Shown one piece after another: positions 22,771 to 30,497 of a DNA stretch of 50,766 bases. Position 1 is the first letter of the stretch. Every line of letters begins with the position of its first letter. The position numbers were made by a program, and so were the translations under genes. The notes beneath the pieces were generated by a model that had not been told where the DNA came from, ran no database searches, and saw only the letters and a program-made list of their open reading frames with translations. The stretch lies in assembly GCA_040905425.1 (NCBI GenBank), contig JBBDRO010000100.1, positions 133,536 through 184,301 on the forward strand, written 5' to 3'. Origin of the DNA: Gemmatimonadota bacterium. GTDB taxonomy: Bacteria > Gemmatimonadota > Gemmatimonadetes > Longimicrobiales > RSA9.

Positions 22771-23120
22771 GCCATTACTGTGCGTACGTGGCGGCTTCCG
22801 AGCGCTCATTCGCCTTTGCGCTAAGCAGCTCATTAACAGCACTCCACATGTGGTGATCGGCTCTCGTCTCCACAGGGTCTCAAACGGGCCCGATCGATGA
22901 CACCGGCGACTCCGCTTCGTCGACGATAGGATCAACAACTAAGTTCGTCTCCGGATCCAGTCTTCGCTCGATTCGCGGCTTCAAGGATTAGATCCAGACC
23001 TTCGGCAATGATGACACGCCGAGGCCTCAGCCCGTATATTGGACTGCGATTCCCGAATCGATCAACGTGAAGACCAAGCCGGTATACCCCGCTATTATCA
23101 GGACAACGCAATAGCCACAG

Positions 23121-23789
23121 TTAGTCGCGGGTCGGAATATCGCCGGCCAATAGCACGCCTATCGCCGCCTTAATTTCATCGACTGACGGCGGAGGAGAGT
23201 AGCGCCAGCCAGAAATATGGACTGCGGGGGTGCCCCGGGACCCACTTTGCCGTGCGAAATCGGTAGTCCGGTCAATTTTCGCCACCGGCGTAGGATCTGT
23301 CGCGCAATGTTGAATGGCGAGTGGATTATCGATCCCGGCCTCAATCGCGAACGACTCCCAACTTTTTAGACCCAATGAATCTTGCTTGGCGAAAACAACA
23401 TCCGCCCAAGCTACGAACTGAGCCTGGCCTGCGGCGCACTCAGCCGCCTTAGCAGCAGGTAGGGCGAACCTGTGGTAATCGAGGGGCGAGTGCGCGTAAT
23501 ACACACTGATCGGCTGACCCTCAAGCATAAGCTCATCAATAATTGAGTGAAAACCCCGACACGCTGGACATTCAAAATCAGTGAATACAAGGATTGCAAT
23601 CGGTGCATCTGGCTTGCCGGCCACTAGATGCGCGTCGGCGATAACCTCTTCCCACCCGTCGACGTATTCTACATCGCGACTGATATCGGGATCTCGCTCG
23701 TCAAACGTTTTGTATACGAATGTCAGCGCCACCAATATGGCGGCGACGGCCATGGTTCCTGAAACAGCGCGGTCGAATGTATTCTTCAC
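23121..23789 (-). CDS. DsbA-family thiol-disulfide oxidoreductase (thioredoxin fold)
   Basis: N-terminal TM, FTDFECPAC active site, AAKAAECA and a GTP cis-Pro loop. Confidence 0.92.
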   Translation of the reverse strand: MKNTFDRAVSGTMAVAAILVALTFVYKTFDERDPDISRDVEYVDGWEEVIADAHLVAGKPDAPIAILVFTDFECPACRGFHSIIDELMLEGQPISVYYAHSPLDYHRFALPAAKAAECAAGQAQFVAWADVVFAKQDSLGLKSWESFAIEAGIDNPLAIQHCATDPTPVAKIDRTTDFARQSGSRGTPAVHISGWRYSPPPSVDEIKAAIGVLLAGDIPTRD

Positions 23790-24347
23790 CAGTAGGGCCT
23801 CTTGTAACGGACGACAACAATTGCCATTCGGCTTGGGTGGTTACACTAGCTGCGGGAAGAGGTTGAGCTTTACATCGCTCCTCCCAAGCATGCTATCAAC
23901 ATCTCCATGGACACGGTGGAGCACCTCCAAATCGCCCGATTGAGAGCTGTTTTGAAGGCGCGATCACTGCGCGTACTACGCTGCACGGAACGATCAGACG
24001 GCGCTCGAAGTCACCACCGGTGAGGGTTCACAGGTGCTGAACCTACCTGCGCCAAGAATTCCGGCGCAAAATCCGGCAGGTCAAGCGGCAGACGGTTCCG
24101 TAACTCGACCTTGACTATAACCTGGACACTTGTGTAGCGCACGAGCGCCCGATGGTCCGAGCCTAGCGGGAGCCTGCCTATCTCATCCTCGTGAATCAAC
24201 CCTTGTAAGCCGCTCCTTCTACGACGCTATCATCTACAACCAGCATAGGTCAATCGAACCGGTTCAAATGGTGTCAAACCTCCCCGATCACGTCGGAAGA
24301 ATCCGACCCAGTCCGCGCTTGGTGACAGCGCCTAGCTATAACTGTTG

Positions 24348-24620
24348 TCAAATTGGATCGTCGATGCAAACAATTTCGTAGCGGTATATACCGCTCAGGC
24401 CGCAATGGCCGTTGTACTCGCACCAGACGAGTTCTGTGCCATCCATATCACAGGATTGCATGCACATTTCCATGAGTGTCTCACCCCACGGGCACTCTGA
24501 TACGCAGATGCTACATGGCGAGGGATCGTCTGCGTTTGCAATGCCGGGCGTTGCGAGAATACCGAGATATCCAACGGCTACTATGACCGTCGCTTGTGCT
24601 ACCGACCACTTCATGCCCAT
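24348..24620 (-). CDS. Small secreted 8-cysteine peptide (90-aa precursor, about 60-aa mature)
   Basis: GGGGGA RBS, 30-aa Sec signal ending ANA|D, 8 Cys in the mature part, and an upstream sigma-54 promoter motif. Confidence 0.8.
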   Translation of the reverse strand: MGMKWSVAQATVIVAVGYLGILATPGIANADDPSPCSICVSECPWGETLMEMCMQSCDMDGTELVWCEYNGHCGLSGIYRYEIVCIDDPI

Positions 24621-24747
24621 TGCTTCCCCCTGGATTAGTGCGATCTACGTCTGGTTGGAGTTGGACCGTTACGCACGATGAACATTGCCGGCGTTGCCCG
24701 CACGGTCGAGGATGTGTCGCCATTCTCGACACGGTGAGTTTGTATCG

Positions 24748-24763
24748 AGCAATAATGGTACCA
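24748..24763 (-). promoter_or_regulatory. Sigma-54 (-24/-12) promoter
   Basis: Minus strand TGGTACCATTATTGCT versus consensus TGGCACG-N4-TTGCW, with exact GG-N10-GC spacing, about 130 bp upstream of the 8-Cys peptide gene. Confidence 0.75.
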
Positions 24764-25136
24764 TAGCTCAGCGGCTAGGCGTAAGTGATGTGTTTACAAT
24801 TATATAGATGGGCATTCCTTGGGAAATCTAGATACCGGCGGTTGTATATTTCCTCCCCCCTCCTTGACCCATGGTGGGTAGAAATGGCCCAGACCCAAAT
24901 CTTGCCATTTGTCTGCCCATGACATGACCAACGCACGTGAGGTGGCGGACACTACCTGAATTCCAGTAAGTCACTTGTTCGAATTTGGGGGCACGCTTCA
25001 CACTGTCATCTACACCCATCCATGGCTCGTGACTTTTGCTGAAACTGCGCTGAAATGTGTGTGATTTAACACGTCGGCTCGCGCTTTAGTAGTTGCAATA
25101 GTCCGGGCGTTCCGAGGCCGTATCCGTGAATCTCGA

Positions 25137-25271
25137 CCGCTCTGGAAGCGCGCGCCGAAGGCCGTGGGCCGCTTCATGGTGCGGGCGCCGGTGTGGACGT
25201 GGCGCGGGCTCACCTGGGTGCCGAAGAAGGTCTGGCGGGTGTACAGCGGGCGCGGCGGACCGCCGCCGTGA
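25137..25271 (+). repeat. 135-bp direct repeat, copy 2 (displaced orphan 3' end of permease 2)
   Basis: Encodes PLWKRAPKAVGRFMVRAPVWTWRGLTWVPKKVWRVYSGRGGPPP-stop; GC returns to host level here. Confidence 0.95.
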
Positions 25272-25344
25272 CCGGAGCTTTCCCGACAGCGCGTTGAGGG
25301 TCCTGCCCCGCTGACACCCGGTCGGCGGTGCCCTAGCTTGTGGC

Positions 25345-27504
25345 ATGTCCAGAACCTCAGCACCCAGCACGCTCGAGCCGATCTTCCGGCCCGCGTCCAT
25401 AGCCGTGGTCGGCGCCAGCCGCCGCCCGGGCACCATCGGCTACGAAGTGGTGGACAACCTGCTCCGCCACGGCTTCACGGGGCCCGTCTACCCGGTCAAT
25501 CCCCACGCCCGCTCGATCCACTCCATTCCCGCCTACGCGGACATGGCGGCCATCCCCGACAGCGTGGAGCTGGCCATCGTGGTCACGCCCAAGGAGCGCG
25601 TCGCGGAGGTGGTGCGGGAGTGCGCGGCGGTGGGCGTGAAGGCGGTCATCGTCATCTCGGCGGGCTTCAAGGAGGTGGGCGGCGCCGGCCGGGAGCGCGA
25701 GGCGGAGCTCGTGGAGGTGGCGCGCGCCGCCGGCATGCGCCTGGTGGGGCCGAACTGCCTGGGCGTGCTGAACACGGACCCGTCCGCATCCATGAACGCC
25801 ACCTTCGCGCCCACCATGCCGCCACCCGGGCCGGTGAGCTTCATGAGCCAGTCCGGCGCCATGGGCGTCACCATCCTGGACTACGCCGCCGAGTACGGCA
25901 TCGGCGTCCACCACTTCGTCTCGGTGGGCAACAAGGCGGACGTCAGCGGCAACGACCTGATCGAGTACTGGGCGGAGGATGAGGCCACCCGCGTCATCCT
26001 CATGTACCTGGAGAACTTCGGCAACCCGCGGCGCTTCACGCGGCTGGCCCGCCAGGTGACGAAGACCAAGCCCATCATTGCCGTGAAGGCGGGCCGCACG
26101 GCGGCCGGCGCGCGCGCCGCCTCCTCGCACACGGGGGCGCTGGCGGGGCTGGACGCCACCACCGACGCCCTGCTGGCGCAGTGCGGCGTGCTACGCGTGG
26201 ACACGGTCCAGTCCCTCTTCGACCTGGCCATGGCCTTCAGTCACCTGCCCGTGCCGCGCGGCAACCGGGTGGCGGTGGTCACCAACGCCGGCGGGCCGGG
26301 CATCATCATCGCGGACGCCTGCGAGTCCCAGGGGCTGGTGCTGCCGGAGCTCTCGGCAGAGACGCAGGAGCGTCTGCGCGCGGCGCTGCCGGAGGAGGCC
26401 AGCGTGCGCAATCCGGTGGACATGATCGCCTCGGCCACGGCGGACTCCTACCGCATGGCGCTGGACGCGGCGCTGGCCGATCCGGAGGTGGACGCCGCCA
26501 TCGCCGCCTTCGTGCCGCCGCTCTGGGTGCGCCAGCTGGACGTGGCGGGCGCCATCGTGGACGCGCATCAGGCCCACCCGGACAAGCCGCTGCTGGCGGT
26601 GCTGATGGGCCGCGAGGGGCTGCCGCAGGGCCGCGCGGAGCTGAAGGAGGCGGGCGTGCCCGCCTACATCTTCCCTGAGTCGGCGGCGCGGGCGCTGGCG
26701 GCCATGTACCGCCATCGGCTGTGGCTGGACCGCCCGGAGGGGGAGGTGCGGACGTTCGAGGTGGATCGCGCCGCCGCGGAGGCGGTGCTGGCCGGCTACG
26801 GTCCAGGTCAGGAGCTCACCACCACGGACGCCATGGCGGTCTTCCGCGCCTACGGCATCCCCACCGTCCAGCAGCGCGTGGCCACCACGGCCGACGAGGC
26901 CGCGGCGGCGGCCCGTGAGCTGGGGCTGCCCGTCGTGCTCAAGATCCTCTCCGCCGACATATCCCATAAAAGTGACGTGGGCGGCGTGGTGGTGGACATC
27001 CGCACGGAGGAGGAGGTGCGGAGTGCCTTCGCGGCCATGCTCGAGCGGGTGCGCACGGCGCTGCCGGAGGCGGACGTGGAGGGCGTGCTGGTGGAGCAGT
27101 TCGTCAAGGGCGGCCGGGAGACCATCATCGGCATGAGCCAGGACCCCACCTTCGGCCCCGTGCTCATGTTCGGCCTGGGCGGCATCTACGTAGAGGCGCT
27201 CAAAGACGTGGCCTTCCGGGTGCAGCCGGTGAGCGACGTGGACGCCCGCGAGATGGTGCGCGCCATCCGCGGCTTCCCGCTGCTCGAGGGCATGCGCGGT
27301 GAGGCCCCCTCGGACCTGGACGCCCTGGTGGAGACCATCCAGCGCGTCTCGCAACTCTCCGGCGAGCTGGGGCAGATCGCCGAACTGGACATCAATCCGT
27401 TCTTCGTCTTCGAGGAGGGCGGCATTGCCGCGGACGCGCGCATCCGGCTGGCGGAGGAGGCGGGCGCTTCGCCGCCGCTCGGCAGCGGCGCCGTCGAGCC
27501 GTAG
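25345..27504 (+). CDS. Acyl-CoA synthetase (NDP-forming) / acetate-CoA ligase family, fused alpha-beta
   Basis: SIAVVGAS CoA-binding motif, GPNCLG, SQSGA, SHTGALAG phospho-His, TNAGG and an ATP-grasp domain (HKSDVGGV, DPTFGP, ELDINP); no GNAT domain. Confidence 0.93.
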   Translation: MSRTSAPSTLEPIFRPASIAVVGASRRPGTIGYEVVDNLLRHGFTGPVYPVNPHARSIHSIPAYADMAAIPDSVELAIVVTPKERVAEVVRECAAVGVKAVIVISAGFKEVGGAGREREAELVEVARAAGMRLVGPNCLGVLNTDPSASMNATFAPTMPPPGPVSFMSQSGAMGVTILDYAAEYGIGVHHFVSVGNKADVSGNDLIEYWAEDEATRVILMYLENFGNPRRFTRLARQVTKTKPIIAVKAGRTAAGARAASSHTGALAGLDATTDALLAQCGVLRVDTVQSLFDLAMAFSHLPVPRGNRVAVVTNAGGPGIIIADACESQGLVLPELSAETQERLRAALPEEASVRNPVDMIASATADSYRMALDAALADPEVDAAIAAFVPPLWVRQLDVAGAIVDAHQAHPDKPLLAVLMGREGLPQGRAELKEAGVPAYIFPESAARALAAMYRHRLWLDRPEGEVRTFEVDRAAAEAVLAGYGPGQELTTTDAMAVFRAYGIPTVQQRVATTADEAAAAARELGLPVVLKILSADISHKSDVGGVVVDIRTEEEVRSAFAAMLERVRTALPEADVEGVLVEQFVKGGRETIIGMSQDPTFGPVLMFGLGGIYVEALKDVAFRVQPVSDVDAREMVRAIRGFPLLEGMRGEAPSDLDALVETIQRVSQLSGELGQIAELDINPFFVFEEGGIAADARIRLAEEAGASPPLGSGAVEP

Positions 27505-27530
27505 CTGGCGGCGCTACTCCGGAAGGTGAC

Positions 27531-27596
27531 GGGGGACGTCGCTTGAAAGAGAAAACGCGCCCCGGGGAAAAACCTCTCGGGGCGCGTTCTCGTGGG
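27531..27596 (-). terminator. Rho-independent terminator, repeat copy A (left boundary of cassette 2)
   Basis: AACGCGCCCCG...CGGGGCGCGTT hairpin with a minus-strand U-rich tail; diverged duplicate of 30498-30561. Confidence 0.85.
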
Positions 27597-27626
27597 GCGC
27601 GCGCAGTGGGCGTCAGGCGCATCACC

Positions 27627-28286
27627 TTAGCTGATCAGATTCTCCTCACTCAATTTCTTCGCGAGCGGACGCCACATGGCCTCGTCCAATTCAACGCTGT
27701 GATCGACATTCTCGGAGTTACAAGCGGACATCACCTGAACCAACCCACGGTCGTGATTAAAACGCATCCGCTCCGTCATCGAGATCAAGTCAGCAAGGCC
27801 GCCAACATCCGCAATTCGAATGAGACGCTCCGCGTCCTCGCCGAGGAGCCGGGAAGCTGGGCCTCCTCCCCCATCGCACGGGGTGTGACACTCGCCTTCC
27901 TGCCATTCGGGATGGCAGTCAGAATACAAACCGCAACCGACACAACCGCCCCCCGATTCCTCCATGGCATCGTCAACGAAAAGCGCGACATCGCTATCAT
28001 TTACGGCTAGCCCTGAAGCGTTACATTCCCCGCTACCCTCATCGATCCTGTGCCAGTATTCCACCGTACACCCTCCGCTCCCGCATGTTTCTATTCTGTT
28101 TTCCCAGCACCACTCACACTGCAGCGAATCGCCGGCCTCGATCCGACCATCAGGCAGCTCGTCGACGGCCCCGATCCCACCATCAGGCAGCTCATCGATG
28201 GCCCCGACCGCACCACCAGGCATTGCGATTACCGCAACTGCCGTGAGTCCCACCACCACTCTTGCCCAACCGGCTCTCCGCGACAT
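27627..28286 (-). CDS. Secreted Cys/His-rich protein B (219 aa, 11 Cys)
   Basis: GGAGG RBS next to the upstream stop; signal peptide; C-terminal similarity to protein A. Confidence 0.85.
   Translation of the reverse strand: MSRRAGWARVVVGLTAVAVIAMPGGAVGAIDELPDGGIGAVDELPDGRIEAGDSLQCEWCWENRIETCGSGGCTVEYWHRIDEGSGECNASGLAVNDSDVALFVDDAMEESGGGCVGCGLYSDCHPEWQEGECHTPCDGGGGPASRLLGEDAERLIRIADVGGLADLISMTERMRFNHDRGLVQVMSACNSENVDHSVELDEAMWRPLAKKLSEENLIS
28141..28206. repeat. Two 33-bp tandem units in protein B (GAIDELPDGGI / GAVDELPDGRI)
   Basis: 28141-28173 and 28174-28206 differ at 3 positions. Confidence 0.85.
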
Positions 28287-28297
28287 TGAATGCCTCC

Positions 28298-29614
28298 CTA
28301 GGGTTGTTGTAAACGTGGAACAATCACCTTCACTGAGATAAACCCATCTGCACCCACGTGAGGTCGAAATATAAATCCGTGCGGGTCTAGAAACGCGTAG
28401 CCGTCAAGATAATGCCGGGCCACCAAATTACCGGTCTCAAGATCCACGGCATCTATTGCGGTCCGATACAGTAATTGTCGCATCTCGGGCTGCTGCACCA
28501 GTTCGGTGGTCGAACGATCCCATTTCACACGAATAGTGTCCCAACCGACCGCCGGAACCGCAATTGTAACCCAGAGCACTTCTCCATCTTCCGCCATCCC
28601 TGTAATAGCCGGCCGCGGAGGCAACGGCATCGTAGCCGGCCTGTGCTTGAGCATATCGCTCCTAACTATCGTCTTTGTTGATCGTTCACGCACTTTTATG
28701 GCGGCCGCCCGATCTATATACATTTGCAAATTCCAAGAGTCAGGAGGCTGCACCGCAAGGACACGATGAATCGAACCCAACGAATCCATAACTTCGATCC
28801 GATAGTTAACAGATTCGGCCACCCACAACCGTCCATCGGAACCCGCACTGATGGTCCGCAACAACATATTACCGAAATTGGCAATGTTTGGAGTGCCGAT
28901 CGAGCGTAAAATGTTTCCTTCGGAATCGACAACGTGAAACGGGATTCCGTAAAGGCTCGGGGTTTGCAGTTGGGAGAAGCTTATTAAGTTTCCGTTGTCA
29001 AGCGCAATCACACGCTCCATAAATGGCGTCGGAACCGCCCCACCGCGAACATATTCGCCCGCAGAATCGAAGACACTCACAACGTTCCTATCATGTACCA
29101 CATACAATGAGTCTCCCGGACCTACGGTAAGCGCCATTACGCGGACGAACTCCCCCGGGCCTCGGCCCTGAGCGCCAACCGGCCTGACAAATTCCCCGCC
29201 CTGTGAGTACAGCACCACATCCTGGCGCTCACGGTAGGGAGTAGCTGCGTAGAATCGCTGTTTGCTGTCCGCCGCCACTAGCGGTAAGTTCTGCATTATT
29301 ATGGGATCCAAGCGCGACCCGAGAATTGCTACGGAATCTAACCGAATCTCGCAATCGACGCAGTCCGGTATTGTATCTCTGTAGACCGACATTGCCTCGG
29401 TGCCCGCAATGCTTACCGCCTCCACGTTCGAATCAGCGGGAGCATCCACGCTAGGCGAACATGCCGCCGCCATCAGCGCCAATCCGTACTTCATCCCCTT
29501 CAATTTGGCGGCTCTGCCCTGCGCCACGATCCTCGCGACGGCTTCGCAGGCCGGGCGCAGAACGAGCCTCTCAACTGCTGCAGGCTTGGCTGGCGACACG
29601 GCTCCTGGAAGCAC
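28298..29614 (-). CDS. Predicted lipoprotein, NHL/6-bladed beta-propeller (cassette 2)
   Basis: Lipobox-like AAA|C; VGAQGRGPGEF, GPGDSLYV and DGRLWVA motifs. Start GTG 29614 (GGAGGAG RBS) or ATG 29494. Confidence 0.82.
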   Translation of the reverse strand: MLPGAVSPAKPAAVERLVLRPACEAVARIVAQGRAAKLKGMKYGLALMAAACSPSVDAPADSNVEAVSIAGTEAMSVYRDTIPDCVDCEIRLDSVAILGSRLDPIIMQNLPLVAADSKQRFYAATPYRERQDVVLYSQGGEFVRPVGAQGRGPGEFVRVMALTVGPGDSLYVVHDRNVVSVFDSAGEYVRGGAVPTPFMERVIALDNGNLISFSQLQTPSLYGIPFHVVDSEGNILRSIGTPNIANFGNMLLRTISAGSDGRLWVAESVNYRIEVMDSLGSIHRVLAVQPPDSWNLQMYIDRAAAIKVRERSTKTIVRSDMLKHRPATMPLPPRPAITGMAEDGEVLWVTIAVPAVGWDTIRVKWDRSTTELVQQPEMRQLLYRTAIDAVDLETGNLVARHYLDGYAFLDPHGFIFRPHVGADGFISVKVIVPRLQQP

Positions 29615-29681
29615 TTTCCATCTCCTCCGAGATCAACTCGTCCTGCAACTTGGGATTCCCTGCTCCTACCTAACTAACTGC

Positions 29682-30311
29682 CTAATCCTCAAAATCCCCC
29701 CCCCCCCACGCCCGAGCACAGAGCATGTCGGCCACCGCGCTCTTGCCGTCGGCGATCCCCCTCCGCGCCAGGCCGACGCGCACCAGCTCATGCGTTCTGG
29801 TGACCAGCTTCTCGAGGCGTTTCGGGCGGACGCCCAGGATGGTGGCGATGACGGCGTTGGGGAGGCGCATGAAATACTTGAGGTGAATGAGCTGGCGGTT
29901 TCTGGCGGGGAGCTCGTCGATGATCGCGTGGAGCGCGCGGCGGACACGGCGCCGGCCCAGCACCTCATCGAGCGTGGGTGCGGCGATGCTGCTGGAGGCC
30001 GCCTCCGGAAGCTGGTCCAGCGGGACGCGTTTCCCATCCTTGCGTTGGCCGAGGATGGTGAGAGCTTCGTTCCAGACGGCTGTGCGGAGATATGCCTCGT
30101 GTTTCCCCTCGGGGACGCGCAGCAGGAAATCCGCCGGCAGTTTGATGAATGCCCGCTGGACGGCGTCCTCCGCATCGTCGATGTCGTGCAGCACGCTGAG
30201 AGCGATGGTCAGCATGGACCGCGCGTGTGCAAAGAAGAGGTCGGCGATGGAATCATCGCGTTGCGCAGCGGGCCCCATGGGAATCGGGCGGACGGGATCG
30301 AGGTCGGCCAT
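29682..30311 (-). CDS. ECF-type sigma-70 factor
   Basis: Region 2 (DAEDAVQRAFIKL...AYLRTAVWNEAL) and region 4 (IDELPARNRQLIHLKYF...IATILG); GGAGG RBS before ATG 30311. Confidence 0.85.
   Translation of the reverse strand: MADLDPVRPIPMGPAAQRDDSIADLFFAHARSMLTIALSVLHDIDDAEDAVQRAFIKLPADFLLRVPEGKHEAYLRTAVWNEALTILGQRKDGKRVPLDQLPEAASSSIAAPTLDEVLGRRRVRRALHAIIDELPARNRQLIHLKYFMRLPNAVIATILGVRPKRLEKLVTRTHELVRVGLARRGIADGKSAVADMLCARAWGGGDFED
29696..29707. repeat. C12/G12 homopolymer
   Basis: Twelve consecutive C on the plus strand, encoding WGGGD near the sigma C-terminus. Confidence 0.9.
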
Positions 30312-30497
30312 ACGCACCTCCGGCATGGACAACGCGACGCCGTCGACACCGCCGCAGAGGATGGGCCTTCCCCTACCTACGGCCTGGCCCACGCTCACGC
30401 AAGCTTTTTCCACTTCAGCAATGCGCAAGCTTCGCTGCAACACGCGCGTGCGGGTGTGGGGCCGCCGGCGCACGCGCGTATGCGCCGGTGAACGGAA

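Larger units (their letters stand above)
18879..25136. mobile_element. Low-GC accessory cassette 1 (no integrase)
   Basis: Abrupt drop in GC and GC3 between the two 135-bp repeat copies; carries IS remnants, a regulator and secreted-protein genes. Confidence 0.8.
27597..30497. mobile_element. Accessory cassette 2 (no integrase)
   Basis: Bracketed by the duplicated terminator; lower GC from about 27.6 to 29.7 kb; same gene module as cassette 1. Confidence 0.72.

Noticed and set aside
23800..24340. Additional small genes between dsbA and the 8-Cys peptide (for example 24011-24199)
   Set aside because: No signal peptide, recognisable motif or convincing RBS; cannot be supported from the sequence alone.
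24348..24620. CS-alpha-beta defensin, ferredoxin or lanthipeptide/sactipeptide assignment
   Set aside because: It lacks the C-terminal CxC of CS-alpha-beta defensins and the CxxCxxCxxxCP ferredoxin motif. It has a Sec signal rather than a double-Gly leader, and no RiPP-modifying enzymes are nearby.
25021..25040. Second sigma-54 promoter TGGCTCGTGACTTTTGC
   Set aside because: The GG-to-GC spacing is 12 nt, not the required 10.
18744..25271. Diversity-generating retroelement (VR at a gene 3' end plus a downstream TR of similar length)
   Set aside because: The mismatches are not adenine-specific (only 2 of 13 have A in the downstream copy, and six are synonymous third-position changes), and there is no reverse transcriptase in the window.
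29644..29661. Sigma-54 promoter for cassette 2 (GGAATCCCAAGTTGCA, minus strand)
   Set aside because: The spacing is 11 nt and the -24 context is poor.
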